Assembly: GCA_015660615.1 (NCBI GenBank)
Contig: DQKQ01000007.1
Coordinates: 1 to 38,414 of the forward strand
Origin: Flavobacteriales bacterium
Lineage (GTDB): Bacteria > Bacteroidota > Bacteroidia > Flavobacteriales_D > Sanyastnellaceae
Direction of reading: 5' to 3'
Length of the DNA stretch: 38,414 nucleotides
Position 1 is the stretch's first letter. Each line of letters starts with the position of its first letter. The position numbers and the translations under genes were made by a program. Of this stretch, positions 25,386 to 34,860 are shown one piece after another. The notes under the pieces were generated by a model, which did not search any database, was not told the DNA's origin, and saw only the letters and a program-made list of their open reading frames with translations.

Positions 25386-26327
25386 CTAAACTATAGATTT
25401 TAACCCATCTAGCATATGCTTCACAAGCTTAGAAGTGCTGAATTCAGACTCCCATCCCCAATCGTTTTTTGCCTCAGAATCGTCAATACTATCTGGCCAA
25501 GACGCCGCTATTTTTTGTCTATAATCCGGATTGTATTCGGTAATGAAATTACTGACAAACTTAGAAAGTTCGTAATTTAATTCAGAAGGTGAGAATGAAC
25601 AACCAGAAAGATTGTAAGAAGTCCTAGTTTTGATGTTTTCACAAGGAGCTTCCATAATATCAAGTGTTGCTCTAACAGCATCATCCATGTGCATCATTGG
25701 AAGAGCCTCATCTTTATCTAAATAGCAAACAAACGGTTTACTATCTAAAGCACAATAAAAAGCTTCAACAGCATAGTCCGTTGTGCCACCTCCAGGTTTA
25801 GACCGGTGACCGATAAGTCCAGGATATCTAACACTTCTAACGTCAACTCCGTAGTGCTCAAAATAGTATTTAGCCCATAATTCTCCGGCAACTTTAGAAA
25901 CGCCATAAACAGTTGTAGGGTCGCAAAAAGTATCTTGGGATGTTTTTATCTTAGGTGCATTTGGTCCAAAAACAGCAATAGAACTTGGCCAGAAAACTCT
26001 TTTTACAAATCCTTCTTTAGCGCACTCTAATACGTTTAAAAGTGATTTCATATTTAAATCCCAACCGGCGATTGGGTTTTCCTCCCCCTTTGCTGAGAGC
26101 ATTGCTACTAAATGATATACATGAGTAAACTCACCTGTCTTTAGGATTTTTCTCACAGAATTGATATCAGTTGCGTCGAGTGAAATAAATTCACTCTTAT
26201 TTACATCTTTGTCATTTGATTTTATAATGTCACATGCGACCACTGCATTAACGCCATACCTGGCTTGCATACCTATGATAAGCTCAATTCCAAGTTGGCC
26301 TGAAGCTCCAATAACTATATGTTTTTC
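25386..26327 (-). CDS. tdh: SDR/epimerase-fold L-threonine 3-dehydrogenase-like protein
   Basis: IVIGASGQLGIEL Rossmann motif, LSAKGEENPIAGWDLNM, PSSIAVFGP, TVYGVSKVAGELWAKYY (YxxxK) and RYPGLIG. These match my memory of the UDP-galactose-4-epimerase-like TDH family. ATG 26327 (MEKHIVIG) is preferred over the track start 26393. Confidence 0.65.
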   Translation of the reverse strand, partial: EKHIVIGASGQLGIELIIGMQARYGVNAVVACDIIKSNDKDVNKSEFISLDATDINSVRKILKTGEFTHVYHLVAMLSAKGEENPIAGWDLNMKSLLNVLECAKEGFVKRVFWPSSIAVFGPNAPKIKTSQDTFCDPTTVYGVSKVAGELWAKYYFEHYGVDVRSVRYPGLIGHRSKPGGGTTDYAVEAFYCALDSKPFVCYLDKDEALPMMHMDDAVRATLDIMEAPCENIKTRTSYNLSGCSFSPSELNYELSKFVSNFITEYNPDYRQKIAASWPDSIDDSEAKNDWGWESEFSTSKLVKHMLDGLKSIV

Positions 26328-26411
26328 CATTGCGGCGACAAGATAAGATGCTAAGCCTTTGTGATGTGCAATCAAATCAGTTTGAATACACATTATTTGA
26401 CAATAAAACTT

Positions 26412-26465
26412 TAACTCAAGACTCCCGTTTCCTAGGTTGTGGAGATGGCCTACCTTCTTGAGTTA
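26412..26465 (-). terminator. Long inverted repeat downstream of ppiD; candidate terminator or structured RNA
   Basis: Perfect 10-bp arms, TAACTCAAGA (26412-26421) and TCTTGAGTTA (26456-26465), around a 34-nt insert that has its own complementary pairs (CTCC/GGAG, TAGG/CCTA). On the minus strand it is followed by AAGTTTTATTG. Confidence 0.35.
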
Positions 26466-26485
26466 TAAATTAAGAGCCCTGTCTT

Positions 26486-28537
26486 TTAATTACGGTTATC
26501 AGTAACGTTTGACTCGTCACGGATAGCATTCGTAATCGCAAGAGATAAACCTGAACGCGCTTTTGTAGCTAATGCGCTTTGCTCAGAAAGGAAATTTGTT
26601 TTCTCTTCAGCTTCTGTTATGCTTTCAGGAGCAATAACCCAAACTCCGTGATTTCCAATAATCGCATTTGACATCTCTCCCACAGGAATAGAAAAGGCTA
26701 ACCCTGCCACCTCATGCTCTGCAGCAGCGCCACTACCAGTTATTATTGCTTTATTTAGACTCACATTTTGAGCAGTTTTCACAGTGGAATTCACAGCACT
26801 AGCTACCTCTTCAAGGTTCCCTCCATTCATTAGTGAAGCGTAGTATTTACCTTTTGCATCTTGCGTAGCTCCTGATATCATTTTGTCTTCAATATCTATA
26901 AACGCTGGGACACCTTTTTCTTTTGAAAGAGTAAGAATTGCAACAATGTAATTATCGTCAATTAGAATGGGTTGACTTATATCACCTACTTCTGCGCTGT
27001 ATGACCAGTTCACAAGTTCACTAGCGTCAAGTAATCCAGCAAGAGATGTTGCTTTGCGAATTACGTTTTTAATATCGCTTGAGGTGTAGCCAGCATCTTT
27101 AGCTGATGAAATAAGAGATTCTTTGTCAGTTGACTCAATTGCAAATTCATTAGCGTCAGCATATGCATCACGCTTAGTCTTATCAGAAGCTTCTAATGAA
27201 CGAACAATCATTGCAACTTCAACTTCTTCTACTTTTTTACGACGATCTAAAACTTCGATAACGTGTATTCCGTAGTTTGTTTCAACTGAGCCAATTGTAC
27301 CGATACGTTTGTTAAAGCTGAAATCATTAAACTCCTTAACCATTCTTCCTTTTGGAAAAAAGTCATAAACTCCTCCGTTAGTTTTAGAGCCTGGATCATC
27401 AGAAAAGCGCGAAGCTAAATCTGTAAAGTCAGCACCATTTTTTAACAGTCGCACTAAGCTGTCACCTTTAGAATTTAGAACAGCCATTTCGCTTGCGTCC
27501 TTAACGTCTTTAGCTTGGAGAAGAATGTGCCTAACCTTCGCTGCGGTGTCTGGAACCAATGTGCGGCTTAATACGTTTGCAATAATAATAGATTCACCTT
27601 TTTGGTATGGCCCTACAACTGTTCCAACATTAACATCAAAGAAAGTTGATTCGGTAATGTCAGTCTCGACATCAGCAAATCTAATTTTACTAATTGGGTT
27701 GTCAGTTCCGTTTTGTTTGGCAAACTCAGCTGCGTCTTCAGAAGACTCCCACTCACTTGCTAAAACATTCAGTTCTGCATTAATAGACTCAACATCTCCT
27801 TCAGATGCTCCAACAGGAATCTTAACAATTGTAATATCTCTACCTTCAGCTTGATTATATTTCTTCTCATCTTTATGAGAAGCATAGAATGCTTGAATAT
27901 CTCTGTTACTTACATCTACCGAGCTGTCAGCAATAGAGTTAAATAGCTTAACAACATATTTAAACTTGGCAGTTCGCTTTGTGTGGGTGTAATCAAATTT
28001 ACCTTCAAGTTCTGAAGTATAAGCTCCAGCTTGAACCAGAGACTCAAATTTTTCTTTTTTACGCTTCGAAACAATAACACTCTTGTAATTCATAAAATTA
28101 GCTTTACCCTGAGGTGTGGTAAGCATATTCTGAAAATTCTGAACCCAAGTTCTTTTGTTATCTCCGTTGCTGTAAAAAGCACGAGACATATAAGGAGAGG
28201 CTATATCTCCGAATAGCAGTTCTTGATATTCTTTGTCAGAAACAGTCATACCAATTTCAGAAAACACATCATCCATATAAATAGCAGATGTAATGTCTTG
28301 CCAAACCTCGTCTTGTAGTTGGTCACCAGAGAAACCTAAACTTCTGCGCTTCTGAACTGCAATTTGATATTCTTGACCTGTAATACTAGCCCCGTCAACA
28401 GATCCGACTTCAGTAGCAGCTCCTTGGCCCATTAAAGCGAGAACAGCATCAAAAGGCACTAAGAAACCAAGCATACCAATCCCTAAGAACACCATTAGCA
28501 AACCTTGACGGTTGCGAATATTTTCAATCATAGCCAT
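26486..28537 (-). CDS. ppiD: PpiD-like periplasmic chaperone / parvulin-type PPIase with an N-terminal membrane anchor
   Basis: 683 aa. N-terminal anchor LLMVFLGIGMLGFLVPF and parvulin domain VRHILLQAKD...GGVYDFFPKGRMVKEFNDFSF...YGIHVIEV. Confidence 0.75.
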   Translation of the reverse strand: MAMIENIRNRQGLLMVFLGIGMLGFLVPFDAVLALMGQGAATEVGSVDGASITGQEYQIAVQKRRSLGFSGDQLQDEVWQDITSAIYMDDVFSEIGMTVSDKEYQELLFGDIASPYMSRAFYSNGDNKRTWVQNFQNMLTTPQGKANFMNYKSVIVSKRKKEKFESLVQAGAYTSELEGKFDYTHTKRTAKFKYVVKLFNSIADSSVDVSNRDIQAFYASHKDEKKYNQAEGRDITIVKIPVGASEGDVESINAELNVLASEWESSEDAAEFAKQNGTDNPISKIRFADVETDITESTFFDVNVGTVVGPYQKGESIIIANVLSRTLVPDTAAKVRHILLQAKDVKDASEMAVLNSKGDSLVRLLKNGADFTDLASRFSDDPGSKTNGGVYDFFPKGRMVKEFNDFSFNKRIGTIGSVETNYGIHVIEVLDRRKKVEEVEVAMIVRSLEASDKTKRDAYADANEFAIESTDKESLISSAKDAGYTSSDIKNVIRKATSLAGLLDASELVNWSYSAEVGDISQPILIDDNYIVAILTLSKEKGVPAFIDIEDKMISGATQDAKGKYYASLMNGGNLEEVASAVNSTVKTAQNVSLNKAIITGSGAAAEHEVAGLAFSIPVGEMSNAIIGNHGVWVIAPESITEAEEKTNFLSEQSALATKARSGLSLAITNAIRDESNVTDNRN

Positions 28538-28587
28538 AGTAAAGACATTTTTATATCAGGTGCGCGAAGATAACAAATTAGAGCCAC

Positions 28588-29865
28588 TCAAAGTAATTGT
28601 AACTCAACTACGTTTATTCTAGTTGACTCAACCTTCTTTATGGTGATTTTACAATTGTTAATATTGATGACAGCACCCTCTTCTGGGAGCGTCGCAATCA
28701 TATGTATAATAAGGCCTCCTAGGGTTTCGTATGCGTCGTCAAGTGGCAGGTTTAAATTGAATTTATCATTTAGATGCTCTACATCATGTCGAGCTGATAA
28801 GAGCCATGTATTATCACCTATTTCTTCCTCAGTTAAGATATCTACATCGTGTTCGTCTTCGATTTCCCCTAGTAATTCCTCTACAATATCTTCCATTGTT
28901 AAGATGCCAGCCGTACCACCAAATTCATCAAGTACAACTGCTAAATATCTGCGGCGACGCATAAACTGCTTCAACAACACATCACCTGCCATTGGCTCTG
29001 GTATGTAGAATGTAGGAAGTACAATTTTATTAATTGACTTAGGTAGGCTGAATAAATCCTTTACATGACAATATCCTATAATGTTGTCAATATCCTCTTC
29101 GTAGATAACTATTTTAGATAGTCCAGTTGATATAAAAAGATCTCGGATTTCATCTATTGAAGTGTCTTTAGAAACTGCTACAACCTCATTTCGAGGGACT
29201 AAACAATCTCGAGCTTGTACAGAGCTCAATCGTAGAGCATTCTTTAAAATTTCAAGTTCGTGCTCAAGTTCTTGTTCAGGAATCATCTTATCACTGGCGG
29301 ATTCAAGAAAATGATCTAAATCTGTAGAGCCAAACCCTCTATTACCAGCTTCAATCCGGTTTGTCACAAAAGGGAATAAGAAAATGAGACTGAGTCCCAT
29401 AACGGCAAGTGCTGGCAAGGCTAATATTAAAATAACAATGGTGAGGGGCAGACTGAATCTATTTAACCAAAGAGTTGGGTCTCTATGGAAAAATGATTTA
29501 GGAATAAATTCGGCAGTAACAATGACAATAATGGTGGTTAAAATAGTTTGGACTGAAAGAGCCAGAATAGGAGAAGATGCAGATAACCAATCGTTTGCAT
29601 TGAATAAAAGCCGGCTTATTAAAGCTCCAGACTCCATACCACATACAACAAGAGCAATGTTATTGCCCACTAACATTACTGAAATAAAGAGTTGAGGCCT
29701 TTTGACAAAGTTTGAAACGAGTCTACCGCGCCAGCCTTGATCAGAGTCAAGCTCAACTTGTAGTCGATTGGCAGAAACGAACGCCATTTCCATTCCGGAA
29801 AAGAATGCGGAAGCAGCAAGCGAAATAAGTATTATTAATATAGAACTGGCGGGGTCAGGGGGCAT
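28588..29865 (-). CDS. CNNM/CorC/HlyC-family membrane protein (DUF21, CBS pair, CorC_HlyC)
   Basis: 425 aa. N-terminal 4-TM DUF21 (FFSGMEMAFVSANR), CBS pair, and C-terminal GGLIIHMIATLPEEG transporter-associated domain. Confidence 0.85.
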   Translation of the reverse strand: MPPDPASSILIILISLAASAFFSGMEMAFVSANRLQVELDSDQGWRGRLVSNFVKRPQLFISVMLVGNNIALVVCGMESGALISRLLFNANDWLSASSPILALSVQTILTTIIVIVTAEFIPKSFFHRDPTLWLNRFSLPLTIVILILALPALAVMGLSLIFLFPFVTNRIEAGNRGFGSTDLDHFLESASDKMIPEQELEHELEILKNALRLSSVQARDCLVPRNEVVAVSKDTSIDEIRDLFISTGLSKIVIYEEDIDNIIGYCHVKDLFSLPKSINKIVLPTFYIPEPMAGDVLLKQFMRRRRYLAVVLDEFGGTAGILTMEDIVEELLGEIEDEHDVDILTEEEIGDNTWLLSARHDVEHLNDKFNLNLPLDDAYETLGGLIIHMIATLPEEGAVININNCKITIKKVESTRINVVELQLL

Positions 29866-29873
29866 TGTTATTA

Positions 29874-30104
29874 TTAGTTGTTTTGATTGCTGGATTCGTC
29901 TATATCGAGCTCCAATCTTTTTCTAAATGTACGTCTAATAAAATACCATAATACTGTAAGCGCAGGGATTAAAGGCATAAATTTATTCTCTTCCCAACCT
30001 TCAGAATAAATAAAATAACACGTTACAAGTATCGCTGAGATTGCAGCAAACAGCCAAAACTTTTCTGCGGCACGTGTAACTGATAAAACTTTTTTAGGCT
30101 CCAT
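29874..30104 (-). CDS. Small two-helix membrane protein
   Basis: 76 aa with two clear hydrophobic helices. It exactly fills the gap between lptC and the CNNM gene (gaps of 14 and 8 nt) and has an ATG start. Confidence 0.45.
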   Translation of the reverse strand: MEPKKVLSVTRAAEKFWLFAAISAILVTCYFIYSEGWEENKFMPLIPALTVLWYFIRRTFRKRLELDIDESSNQNN

Positions 30105-30118
30105 TCTTTTAAAGATAG

Positions 30119-30670
30119 TTAAGGTAAGTCGAAAGATCCTGTTGGCTCGAGTATTTTATAATTCTCAAAACGGCCATCTGCCTCTAAACCCTTGCCGAAA
30201 AGCACCCCAGTTGCTGTCTCCACGCTCACGGATCTATTCGTGTGAACTTTATCTGAGTCGTGAGACCAAACTAGATATTCAGTCTTAAGCTTGTCTCCTT
30301 CACTATTAACGAGTAATACTCCGTCACGTGCAATTAGATGTCCTGTCTTAGAATCGTACGTCCCTCGACCGCCACTTAATTTTGCTCGATTTGTAATTCT
30401 ATCTCCTTCTATATAAAGTGTAAACCCCTCGTCAACCTGCCAGATGTCGTTATTTTCAAACCGCTCCAATTTTCCAGCCTCTAAGACATTTCTAACTTCA
30501 CCTTTTTCAGAATATTGAAACGAACCATCAATAATTACTTGAATTGAAAGCGATTTATCTAACTCGTCACCTGGGTTAGCTTCTGCGAGTTGATCACCCA
30601 CATCACATCCTATTGCTACTATGAAAACACAGTAAAGTAGAGAGATTTTAATACTGTAAGCGCGAGCCAT
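30119..30670 (-). CDS. lptC: LptC-like LPS export periplasmic protein (OstA-fold), lipoprotein form
   Basis: 183 aa, lipobox VAIGC. The beta-rich body is GGRGTYDSKTGHLIARDGVLLVNSEGDKLKTEYLVWSHDSDKVHTNRSVSVET..GVLFGKGLEAD, as in Bacteroidota LptC annotations. The ATG shares a base with the upstream TAA. Confidence 0.6.
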   Translation of the reverse strand: MARAYSIKISLLYCVFIVAIGCDVGDQLAEANPGDELDKSLSIQVIIDGSFQYSEKGEVRNVLEAGKLERFENNDIWQVDEGFTLYIEGDRITNRAKLSGGRGTYDSKTGHLIARDGVLLVNSEGDKLKTEYLVWSHDSDKVHTNRSVSVETATGVLFGKGLEADGRFENYKILEPTGSFDLP

Positions 30671-32070
30671 TAACGTACTCTAATTATTGTACTTTCTCCT
30701 GAGCATGGACAACCAGCAACATCTTTCACTGTAAACGTTCCACCAGCTTGAAGACCTAATGAAAAGACTTCGTCTATTGTTGGATATTGTTTAGACACTT
30801 TACTCATTCTCTTGTCTGCTTTTTCAGCAAGTTCAGGGTTCATATTCTTTGCACGATTATAGTAATCATGCGCAACCCAGTAGACTGATCGTTTTCCAAG
30901 AGCTCCGTCATTACAAGAGTTAGATGCACTTGCAATAGCATCGCCGATAAGCATAATTGCATCAGCGTTTTCAGGCTCAAGTGCAAGAAGTTGATTCGCA
31001 TAGCGACGGGCTGTATTTGATTTCTTTAATGCACTTGCGATTTGGCCTGTTTTAAGTAAGTAAGTGGCCTGTTCGGGACAGCTATCACAAAGAGATACAG
31101 CTTCCTCCATATAATCGAAACTCTCATTTAACTTAGATAGCTTTGCGTAGCTCATTCCGATTGCATAAGCAGCTTTAGCGCTAGGCTCTTGATCGTAAAT
31201 AGCAGTTGCTACAGGTAGAAACAGAAAATTTCTAGTACACTCTCTGTTTGTGAGTAGGCTTAGAACTTTTTTCTTTAATTCCAAATTTTCAGGATCAGCT
31301 TTAACACTTGCCTGTAAAACAGGAACCATATCATCACATTGAGCAATGGCAATGAATGTTTTTTCTATATTGGCTTTAGCCCTAGAGTACCCTTTTAGGT
31401 CTCTTTCTTTTCCAGCTTCTTCTGCAACGGCAATTGCTGTATTACAGTACTCCATTAACATAAGGTAGTCAGTTAGCATTCCAGCTTTCCTCTTTAAGCC
31501 AGCCACTTTATCAATCTTATTGATGGCTTTCATTGTATAGAAAGAAGTTACGTAATAGCCACTTAATACTGATGCAGAACTCTTAGCCTCAAGGCACTCG
31601 ATGCTTTCTTTAAACATCTCAAAAGCTACCTCAGCAGAATCCTTGTTAAATTTGTAGAAGTCTGATGCTGCACGACCTAAAACACCACATCTATTCTTGG
31701 GTTTTTTAGTTGTAGAAGGGAAAAGTTCCATTCGCATATCATAAACCCACATTAAACTATCTATTAGGACAGCCTTTCGAGTTTCATCACCAGCCTGGTC
31801 AGCATCCTTGATTTCGTTCTTCAAGAATAGAGCACCATGCGAGTAAAGAGATTCCTGAACACTATCTGGGCATACATCACAAGCCTTCTCCCATTGCTGA
31901 TAAGCTTCTGAATAATTCTTTTGCTTATTATAACTCTTGTAAACACTTAGCGCCTCTTTACATAGAATCTGCTCATTCTCAGTTTCTCCGTATTTGTTTC
32001 CATTCTGTGCTAAAAAGCTTGTGGGCAAAGCAATAATAAGGATAATAAAAATATTTTTAATTGTATTCAT
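30670..32070 (-). CDS. Secreted TPR-like all-helical protein with three short Cys motifs
   Basis: The signal peptide ends FLA-Q. The protein is helical and TPR-like throughout, with Cys motifs CDVCPDS, CDSCPEQ and GCPCSGE. I prefer ATG 32070 (MNTIKN...); the track start at 32082 is TTG and would overlap the upstream stop by 4 nt. Confidence 0.6.
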   Translation of the reverse strand: MNTIKNIFIILIIALPTSFLAQNGNKYGETENEQILCKEALSVYKSYNKQKNYSEAYQQWEKACDVCPDSVQESLYSHGALFLKNEIKDADQAGDETRKAVLIDSLMWVYDMRMELFPSTTKKPKNRCGVLGRAASDFYKFNKDSAEVAFEMFKESIECLEAKSSASVLSGYYVTSFYTMKAINKIDKVAGLKRKAGMLTDYLMLMEYCNTAIAVAEEAGKERDLKGYSRAKANIEKTFIAIAQCDDMVPVLQASVKADPENLELKKKVLSLLTNRECTRNFLFLPVATAIYDQEPSAKAAYAIGMSYAKLSKLNESFDYMEEAVSLCDSCPEQATYLLKTGQIASALKKSNTARRYANQLLALEPENADAIMLIGDAIASASNSCNDGALGKRSVYWVAHDYYNRAKNMNPELAEKADKRMSKVSKQYPTIDEVFSLGLQAGGTFTVKDVAGCPCSGESTIIRVR

Positions 32071-32078
32071 GAGGTTAA

Positions 32079-33509
32079 TCAATCGTAAAGTTTAGGCGTA
32101 AGCCAAAGATTTTTAAAAAACGGAGCTAATGTTACTCCAAACTGCATACTAAATAGTGATTCTTGAAGAGACTTATCGAAAACTGTGCCATCATCAATCC
32201 CAACTCCCCTATGCCCCATTTCAACCCCAAAGTGGACTTTGCTAGTAGACCTGCTTCCTTCTAACGGTATAGTTACTCCTGCAGAAGCTCTCCAGCCATG
32301 TAATTGGTTTCCTTTAAAAGAAATAGGATATAGATCTAATGCAAACCCAGATTTAAAAGTTGAACGAGATAAAATATTATTACTACTCCTATCTGTTCGG
32401 GGCTTTACCGTGAACCCTATAGACGAACGAGATGCTACTGCCCATGTTGCCTCACCCTCTAGGATGTCAATTTCATTAAAAGATTCAGATACGACAGTCC
32501 AATCTTCTTCCATGAAATCAGCAGCTAGTAAGACTCTTCTTCCATTCGCGTTTTCAAAAACTATCGCTCCACCTATCGAATATTTAGAAGGCATACGACC
32601 TTGAGCATTGAGTAAACTTGTGTAAGAAGCAGTGTCAATGACAGTTTCAATATTATTTAAAAACTGAACTGTTTCAACGGTTTTTTCATAGTCAGTAAAA
32701 AGGTTTACCTCCGGAGCGTAAGTAGCACCTACATATAGACTAGCGCTTCCTTTAAAATTCCTTTCGCTATCATAGTTAGCCCACAATAGTTGAAAAGCCT
32801 GAATCCCTAATAAACCGCCAAGGGATCGATGTCTCATAGATGACCTTGTACGATTGTCTAGGTAGGTCACATCTTCAATATTCAACCGAGCGGTTGAGAT
32901 GACTTCCCCAAAGAGAAGACTAACCTGAGCGCCTAAAGAAACAGCTCGATTTCCAACAAGTACACTATCAGCATTCCCTGCGGGAAGCCATTTCTTACCC
33001 TTAAAAGAGTGAGCAAAACCTACATAGCTTTTCGCTGTGCCACCAGACCCTGTGTAGCTTTCTTTGTAATTCCCATAAAGCGTGTCAGTTTCAACTGTTC
33101 TTGAAACATTATATCCTTTAGACGAATAAGGAATAACTCCCATCATTACAGCTGAAGAACCTCCGGGTTTCTTCACAACTAGATTTATTCCACCTGGTGA
33201 TCCGTAATTTACAGTTTCAGTAGAATCACCTTCTCTCATGTTAGAGCGATTTAGGTGAATTGAAGACTGGAATAGTGTTGACACACAGCTGGCCGCCGAA
33301 GCTGGTTGGTCAGGGTTAATAACATATCCATCAATAATGGGTGAACTTACCCCTCCCATCATCAGTTGAGGAGATGATAAAGTCGGAATTGTAAGCCCCA
33401 TTCCAAACCTAGACCATGGAGATGGCTCAGTTTCTTGAGCTGCAACATCTCCAAATGCAAAAGCACACAAAAGAGCCATCGCAACAATGCATTTGTTTAC
33501 GTTAATCAT
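32079..33509 (-). CDS. Predicted outer-membrane beta-barrel protein (putative porin-like), function unknown
   Basis: 476 aa. The signal peptide ends VAA-Q, followed by SPWSRFGMG. An alternating hydrophobic beta-strand pattern runs throughout, and the sequence is rich in G/S/T/N/Y. Confidence 0.55.
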   Translation of the reverse strand: MINVNKCIVAMALLCAFAFGDVAAQETEPSPWSRFGMGLTIPTLSSPQLMMGGVSSPIIDGYVINPDQPASAASCVSTLFQSSIHLNRSNMREGDSTETVNYGSPGGINLVVKKPGGSSAVMMGVIPYSSKGYNVSRTVETDTLYGNYKESYTGSGGTAKSYVGFAHSFKGKKWLPAGNADSVLVGNRAVSLGAQVSLLFGEVISTARLNIEDVTYLDNRTRSSMRHRSLGGLLGIQAFQLLWANYDSERNFKGSASLYVGATYAPEVNLFTDYEKTVETVQFLNNIETVIDTASYTSLLNAQGRMPSKYSIGGAIVFENANGRRVLLAADFMEEDWTVVSESFNEIDILEGEATWAVASRSSIGFTVKPRTDRSSNNILSRSTFKSGFALDLYPISFKGNQLHGWRASAGVTIPLEGSRSTSKVHFGVEMGHRGVGIDDGTVFDKSLQESLFSMQFGVTLAPFFKNLWLTPKLYD

Positions 33510-33517
33510 TTTGACTC

Positions 33518-34282
33518 TTATATATGTGGAAATAATGCATAATACCCTTTGAGGGTCAAATTTGAATCTGCGAATTTCGGCTCTACTCGGCCGAGTTCCA
33601 AAAATGAACTGTCACCTCCTGTTAAAATAACCCCAATCCCGCTATACTGCTCTCTTAATACCTGCCATCTTCCGATTATTTCTGCACTAATTCCGTCTGC
33701 AGCACCTTTAATTTGAGCTTCTTCGGATGATAATCCAGTCGTTTCGCCTTTAAAAGGGCCCTTTTTATTCCAGACATCCTTTTTCACCTCCTTCAACGCT
33801 GCAGTTCCGATTCTCATAGAATCAAGCCTCAAAGAAATACCTGGAGCTATAGCCCCTCCTAAGTGAGTTCCATCAACGACTAAATCAAACGTAACACATG
33901 TCCCAACATCGACAATTAGCCAAGCATTACATGTAAGAGCCTCATCAATTACACCCTCTTGTATCGCAAAGGCATTTGCAACTCTATCTGTACCTAAAGA
34001 TCCAGGGTTAGTTACGTTTGTTCTTAAAGGATGAGAATCTCCATGTCTTAGTTGGGTGACATTTCCTTTAGATTTTAATAATTCGAGAGTATCGTTAGAC
34101 CAATTACCACTACCTGTGATAAGTATTTCAATACTCGTTGTGTCAGCTTTAGGAAGGTTTAAATCTGTCAATTCTACTCCTACATTAGTTGTTGTAACGT
34201 TTATCAGTACGTCATCTTTAAATTCTCCGATTTTCCATCTAGAGTTTCCTTTTTCGATAATCCAAACCCGCTTCACTCCCAT
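33518..34282 (-). CDS. coaX: Type III pantothenate kinase
   Basis: IEKGNSRWKIG (the DxGNT-type phosphate-1 motif), VDVGTCVTFD, GGAIAPG, TGGDS. Confidence 0.85.
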   Translation of the reverse strand: MGVKRVWIIEKGNSRWKIGEFKDDVLINVTTTNVGVELTDLNLPKADTTSIEILITGSGNWSNDTLELLKSKGNVTQLRHGDSHPLRTNVTNPGSLGTDRVANAFAIQEGVIDEALTCNAWLIVDVGTCVTFDLVVDGTHLGGAIAPGISLRLDSMRIGTAALKEVKKDVWNKKGPFKGETTGLSSEEAQIKGAADGISAEIIGRWQVLREQYSGIGVILTGGDSSFLELGRVEPKFADSNLTLKGYYALFPHI

Positions 34283-34860
34283 GATATTGTTGACATTAAT
34301 TGTTCAATATCTCTTAAGAGTCTATCTGTTACAGGAGCTGTACTGTCAGAGTTAATTGCACGGTCAAAATAGAGAGAGCCTCTTAGAAAATTATCAGTAC
34401 TGTCAGTTACAAAAAACTGTATAGGTGTTGCGACAGGTCCTTCTAGGTGGTAAAGCACTCCGGTGGTGTGATTTTCACTCTTGCCAGCTCCCTCAACTCT
34501 AATTCGACTAATTCCGCTTGCCTTCATGTCGTGACTGAAAACCAATTCCTGTGCATCAATCATAAGTGATTCAAGGTTGTTGTTTATAGGAACATCCGTG
34601 CAATGAAGCCTTGCATTAAAGTCTGAAAACCTAAGATTAAACCAACAATATTCACCCGACTTGTCTGAGTTTACTGTCTCAAGATGACTATAAATAGGTA
34701 TTTCAAAACTTGAACCACATTTCGTTGTGTCCATAATAAAATCTTGATTAGGTAATGTGATTTTAAAATATCCTTTTTGCCTAGGAATAGGTGGAGAGTG
34801 ACATCCAATTAAAGCAGAAATCAACAAGGCATAAATGAGATGAAATCCTATTTGCTTCAT
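34273..34860 (-). CDS. gldD: Gliding-motility lipoprotein GldD
   Basis: 195 aa, lipobox ALIGC, then PIPRQKGYFKITLP. It lies immediately downstream of the gldE-type gene with an ATGA overlap, which is the gldE-gldD arrangement I recall from Flavobacterium johnsoniae. Confidence 0.65.
   Translation of the reverse strand: MKQIGFHLIYALLISALIGCHSPPIPRQKGYFKITLPNQDFIMDTTKCGSSFEIPIYSHLETVNSDKSGEYCWFNLRFSDFNARLHCTDVPINNNLESLMIDAQELVFSHDMKASGISRIRVEGAGKSENHTTGVLYHLEGPVATPIQFFVTDSTDNFLRGSLYFDRAINSDSTAPVTDRLLRDIEQLMSTISWE

Noticed and set aside
28640-29008. Antisense ORFs of 100-140 aa inside longer genes: 28640..29008, 29384..29695, 32185..32604, 35521..35874 and 27525..27854
   Set aside because: Each lies opposite a longer ORF with strong family motifs (CNNM, beta-barrel, GldE, PpiD). 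Ser/Pro/Thr-rich translations are typical of antisense frames in AT-rich coding DNA.
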